Positions 45,503 to 47,754 of a DNA stretch of 47,754 nt are shown here, piece after piece; position 1 is the stretch's first letter, and each line of letters opens with the position of its first letter. Position numbers and translations under genes: made by a program. Source of the DNA: Candidatus Latescibacterota bacterium (lineage in GTDB: Bacteria > Hydrothermota > Tepidihabitantia > Tepidihabitantales > CAIPLT01); the NCBI GenBank assembly GCA_018335915.1, contig JAGXRL010000158.1, positions 1 through 47,754 on the forward strand, read 5' to 3'. The notes below the pieces were generated by a model that ran no database searches, had not been told where the DNA came from, and saw nothing but the letters and a program-made list of their open reading frames with translations.

Positions 45503-47123
45503 TTAGAACTTAATATTTACGCCGACCATCCAGTTGCTTAAATTGGTCAGGTTGGCAAAGTTTAAAATATTGATTTCGACATTGTCATTAACTTTGAATC
45601 CCAAGCCGTAATGATAAGCAGTTGATGCGGAAAACGACACTTTGTCTTCAAATTTCAAATAATAAGAGTCGAGCTCGTCTTCACCTTCTTGTGTGGTCTG
45701 GATAAGCTCAGTCGGTTTGGTGCGGTGATAGATAGTGATTGAACCTTCGTCAATCAAGGTTTCTTCGTAGGTATTCGTAAATTTAAGAGTCATATTTTGC
45801 GTTGCGCCGAGCCGGAGACTGAAACGGTCAGTAAGCCGGGTTTCCAAGCCGACCGGGACGGTAAAAACAAACCCGCCATACTTATTGACGATTTCCCAGG
45901 TTTCATTGCTTGTAGACGACATCGTATATTCCAAAGTATCCGGATAATTGCGGTAATAATACATTTTGTATTTTCCTGGTTCGAGCGTCAATGTCGTCTT
46001 ACCGCTGATTAGAGCAGGGAGCAGACCGATAGCAAACATAGTATTCGTATTGAAAACATCAAAATGTTTTTCCAGACCAACTCCGATACCCAAACCAAAG
46101 TGGCTCATTGCGCCTTTGCCGTCCTGCGAAGCCAACTCAGATATGATGCGGCGTGACATGAGCGCGGTATCATAAACCGTGTATTCATAAGTCGTGTCGT
46201 AATAACTGTATTTCATTGGTTTATTGGCGTAGGCAATTTCGCCGAGATAAGTCAGCGAATAATCTTCGAACCGACGCTTATTTCGGCCGTTGAGGGCTAC
46301 ATAAAAACCGCTGTAGTCAAGTTTCTGTTCGGCTTTCCAGTATTCTTCATCCCGATATTCGAGATAAGAATTGATTTCCTGATAAGTTTCGCTTTCCAGA
46401 TAATTGACCGGGATATAACCGCCTTCTCTTTGATAACCATAACCGAGCGAGAATGCCATTTCATTGTCCGGTTCACCCATCGCGATACCGACTACGATTG
46501 GTACGGCAAATCTCTTCTCCGATGAGAGTTCTTCGCCAAACTCATAATAATAACTCGACATTTCCGGGTTGATATCGCGCGAGACCACAGAATAGATGGA
46601 CTTATACTCATAAGTGTACCATTCGGGCATGAGCAGCGCACCGATGTCAAAATTGTCCATTTTCTTGCCCCAGAGCAGATTAAAAGCAGTGTTTAGATTT
46701 TTGTAGGTGATAGTGCCTTTAAAAGAGTCAATCGAAGTAGTGTTGCCTTCAATTTCGGTTTCGTACTCATACATGCTCATTGCGTAATCGTAACCACCGA
46801 GTTCAAAGAGCGCGCCGAGTTTCATACCGTTAAACTCGGTAATGCCACCAAACAGATTATACGAAGAGTATATCGGTTCACTAGCCGAATTGAAAAACAT
46901 ATCGTCGCCCGAGCCGTGCAGGTTGGACAAGTTCGTATAAATCCGTTTACTCGACGCGGTTTACGAATGCGGGATTGTAGAAGATATCCGAATACTCGTC
47001 ATCAACAATACCGACCAGGGCCGGTGAGAGACCGCGCATGCGCATTGAGACCGGGACAATCGCAGATGCGATTGTCGCTGTCAGGATTATTCCTAACAGA
47101 ACAGATAACATATTTTTACTCAT
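45503..47123 (-). pseudogene. Outer-membrane beta-barrel-like protein split by a frameshift near 46950
   Basis: Signal peptide ORF (AGGAGG RBS, ATG 47123) ends NPAFVNRVE-stop; the shifted frame continues KRIYTNLSNL... to a C-terminal VGVNIKF. Confidence 0.75.
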
Positions 47124-47276
47124 TGTGCCTCCTTTTGTTTGCACAAAATACGTATTTATTTTACAAGATTATTTGTTCCTGTCAAGGGGTGATGGGTAAA
47201 ACTCAAAATTTTCGCAGCTTACAAATTAAAATTTACTATTGACTGTTTGATTTATTTGTATAAAATTAAGCAGTTA

Positions 47277-47754
47277 ATGACGAGATATTGTTTTCTTTTT
47301 CCGGGTCAAGGTTCTCAGTCTGTGGGAATGGGTAAAGACTTGTATGACGCTTATCCAGAAGTTCAGGAAATCTATGATAAAGCAGAAGCGATTTTAGAAA
47401 TACCGATTAAAAAACTATCATTTTTTGGTCCAGAACAAGAACTGCGCAATACCAACATAACTCAGCCGGCGATTTTAGTTCATTCAATCAGCGTGCTTGA
47501 GGTTTTAAGAAAAAACAAGATTGATTGTGAACTCGCCTGCGGCCATAGTTTGGGCGAATATTCTGCATTATATTGTGCTGGCGTGTTAAATTTTGAATCA
47601 GTTGTTAAACTGGTTAAACGGCGCGGCGAACTGATGTTTTCTGAAGGAGTGAAAAAGCCCGGCGCAATGGCGGCAATTTTAGGACTCGCCGACCAGGATG
47701 TGATAGATTTGTGTAAAAATATAACCGGCGTCGTAGTGCCGGCTAATTTTAATG
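47277..47754 (+). CDS. fabD: Malonyl-CoA-ACP transacylase (partial, runs off the window)
   Basis: FLFPGQGSQSVGMG, TQPAI, GHSLGEYSAL, RGELM; TTGACT-16-TAAAAT promoter at 47239-47266. Confidence 0.95.
   Translation, partial: MTRYCFLFPGQGSQSVGMGKDLYDAYPEVQEIYDKAEAILEIPIKKLSFFGPEQELRNTNITQPAILVHSISVLEVLRKNKIDCELACGHSLGEYSALYCAGVLNFESVVKLVKRRGELMFSEGVKKPGAMAAILGLADQDVIDLCKNITGVVVPANFN

Noticed and set aside
596..47242. Numerous short antisense or alternate-frame ORFs in the track (e.g. 14908-15441, 22756-23250, 40830-41252, 46916-47242)
   Set aside because: They overlap well-supported genes and show no family motifs.

Overview
Chromosomal window of an AT-rich, probably anaerobic, diderm bacterium. 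The rplM-rpsI-rpsB-tsf-pyrH-frr order, C-terminal-domain secreted proteins and cyanobacterial-type ThiE suggest an FCB-related candidate lineage such as WOR-3 (inference). It contains dnaA flanked on both sides by DnaA-box clusters (likely oriC), hypF/hypC, carbamate kinase, a translation/uppS/cdsA operon, folE2, crotonase-thiolase-tsaE, an ECF sigma/anti-sigma locus, gap-pgk-tpiA-secG-rplU, three secreted CTD proteins, tRNA-Val(CAC), a frameshifted beta-barrel gene, partial fabD and the start of an IS256-like transposase. The most unusual signal is intergenic. (1) An 81-92 bp CCCCGCACC...GGTGCGGGG miniature element with 4-bp TTGA-like flanking duplications repeatedly abuts the TTGAC -35 box of sigma70 promoters, and one copy sits inside a GTAG REP doublet. 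(2) Two diverged copies of a ~300 bp composite non-coding element. (3) An IS1182/IS5-like MITE. (4) A degenerate 12-bp array. (5) Many 7/8/9-bp periodic hairpins, some translated inside genes. Two SigW-type promoters (TGAAAC-N16-CGTA) link the ECF locus to a PDZ-PDZ-beta-barrel protein. No CRISPR array or recognisable riboswitch was seen. All calls were made by eye, without database searches.
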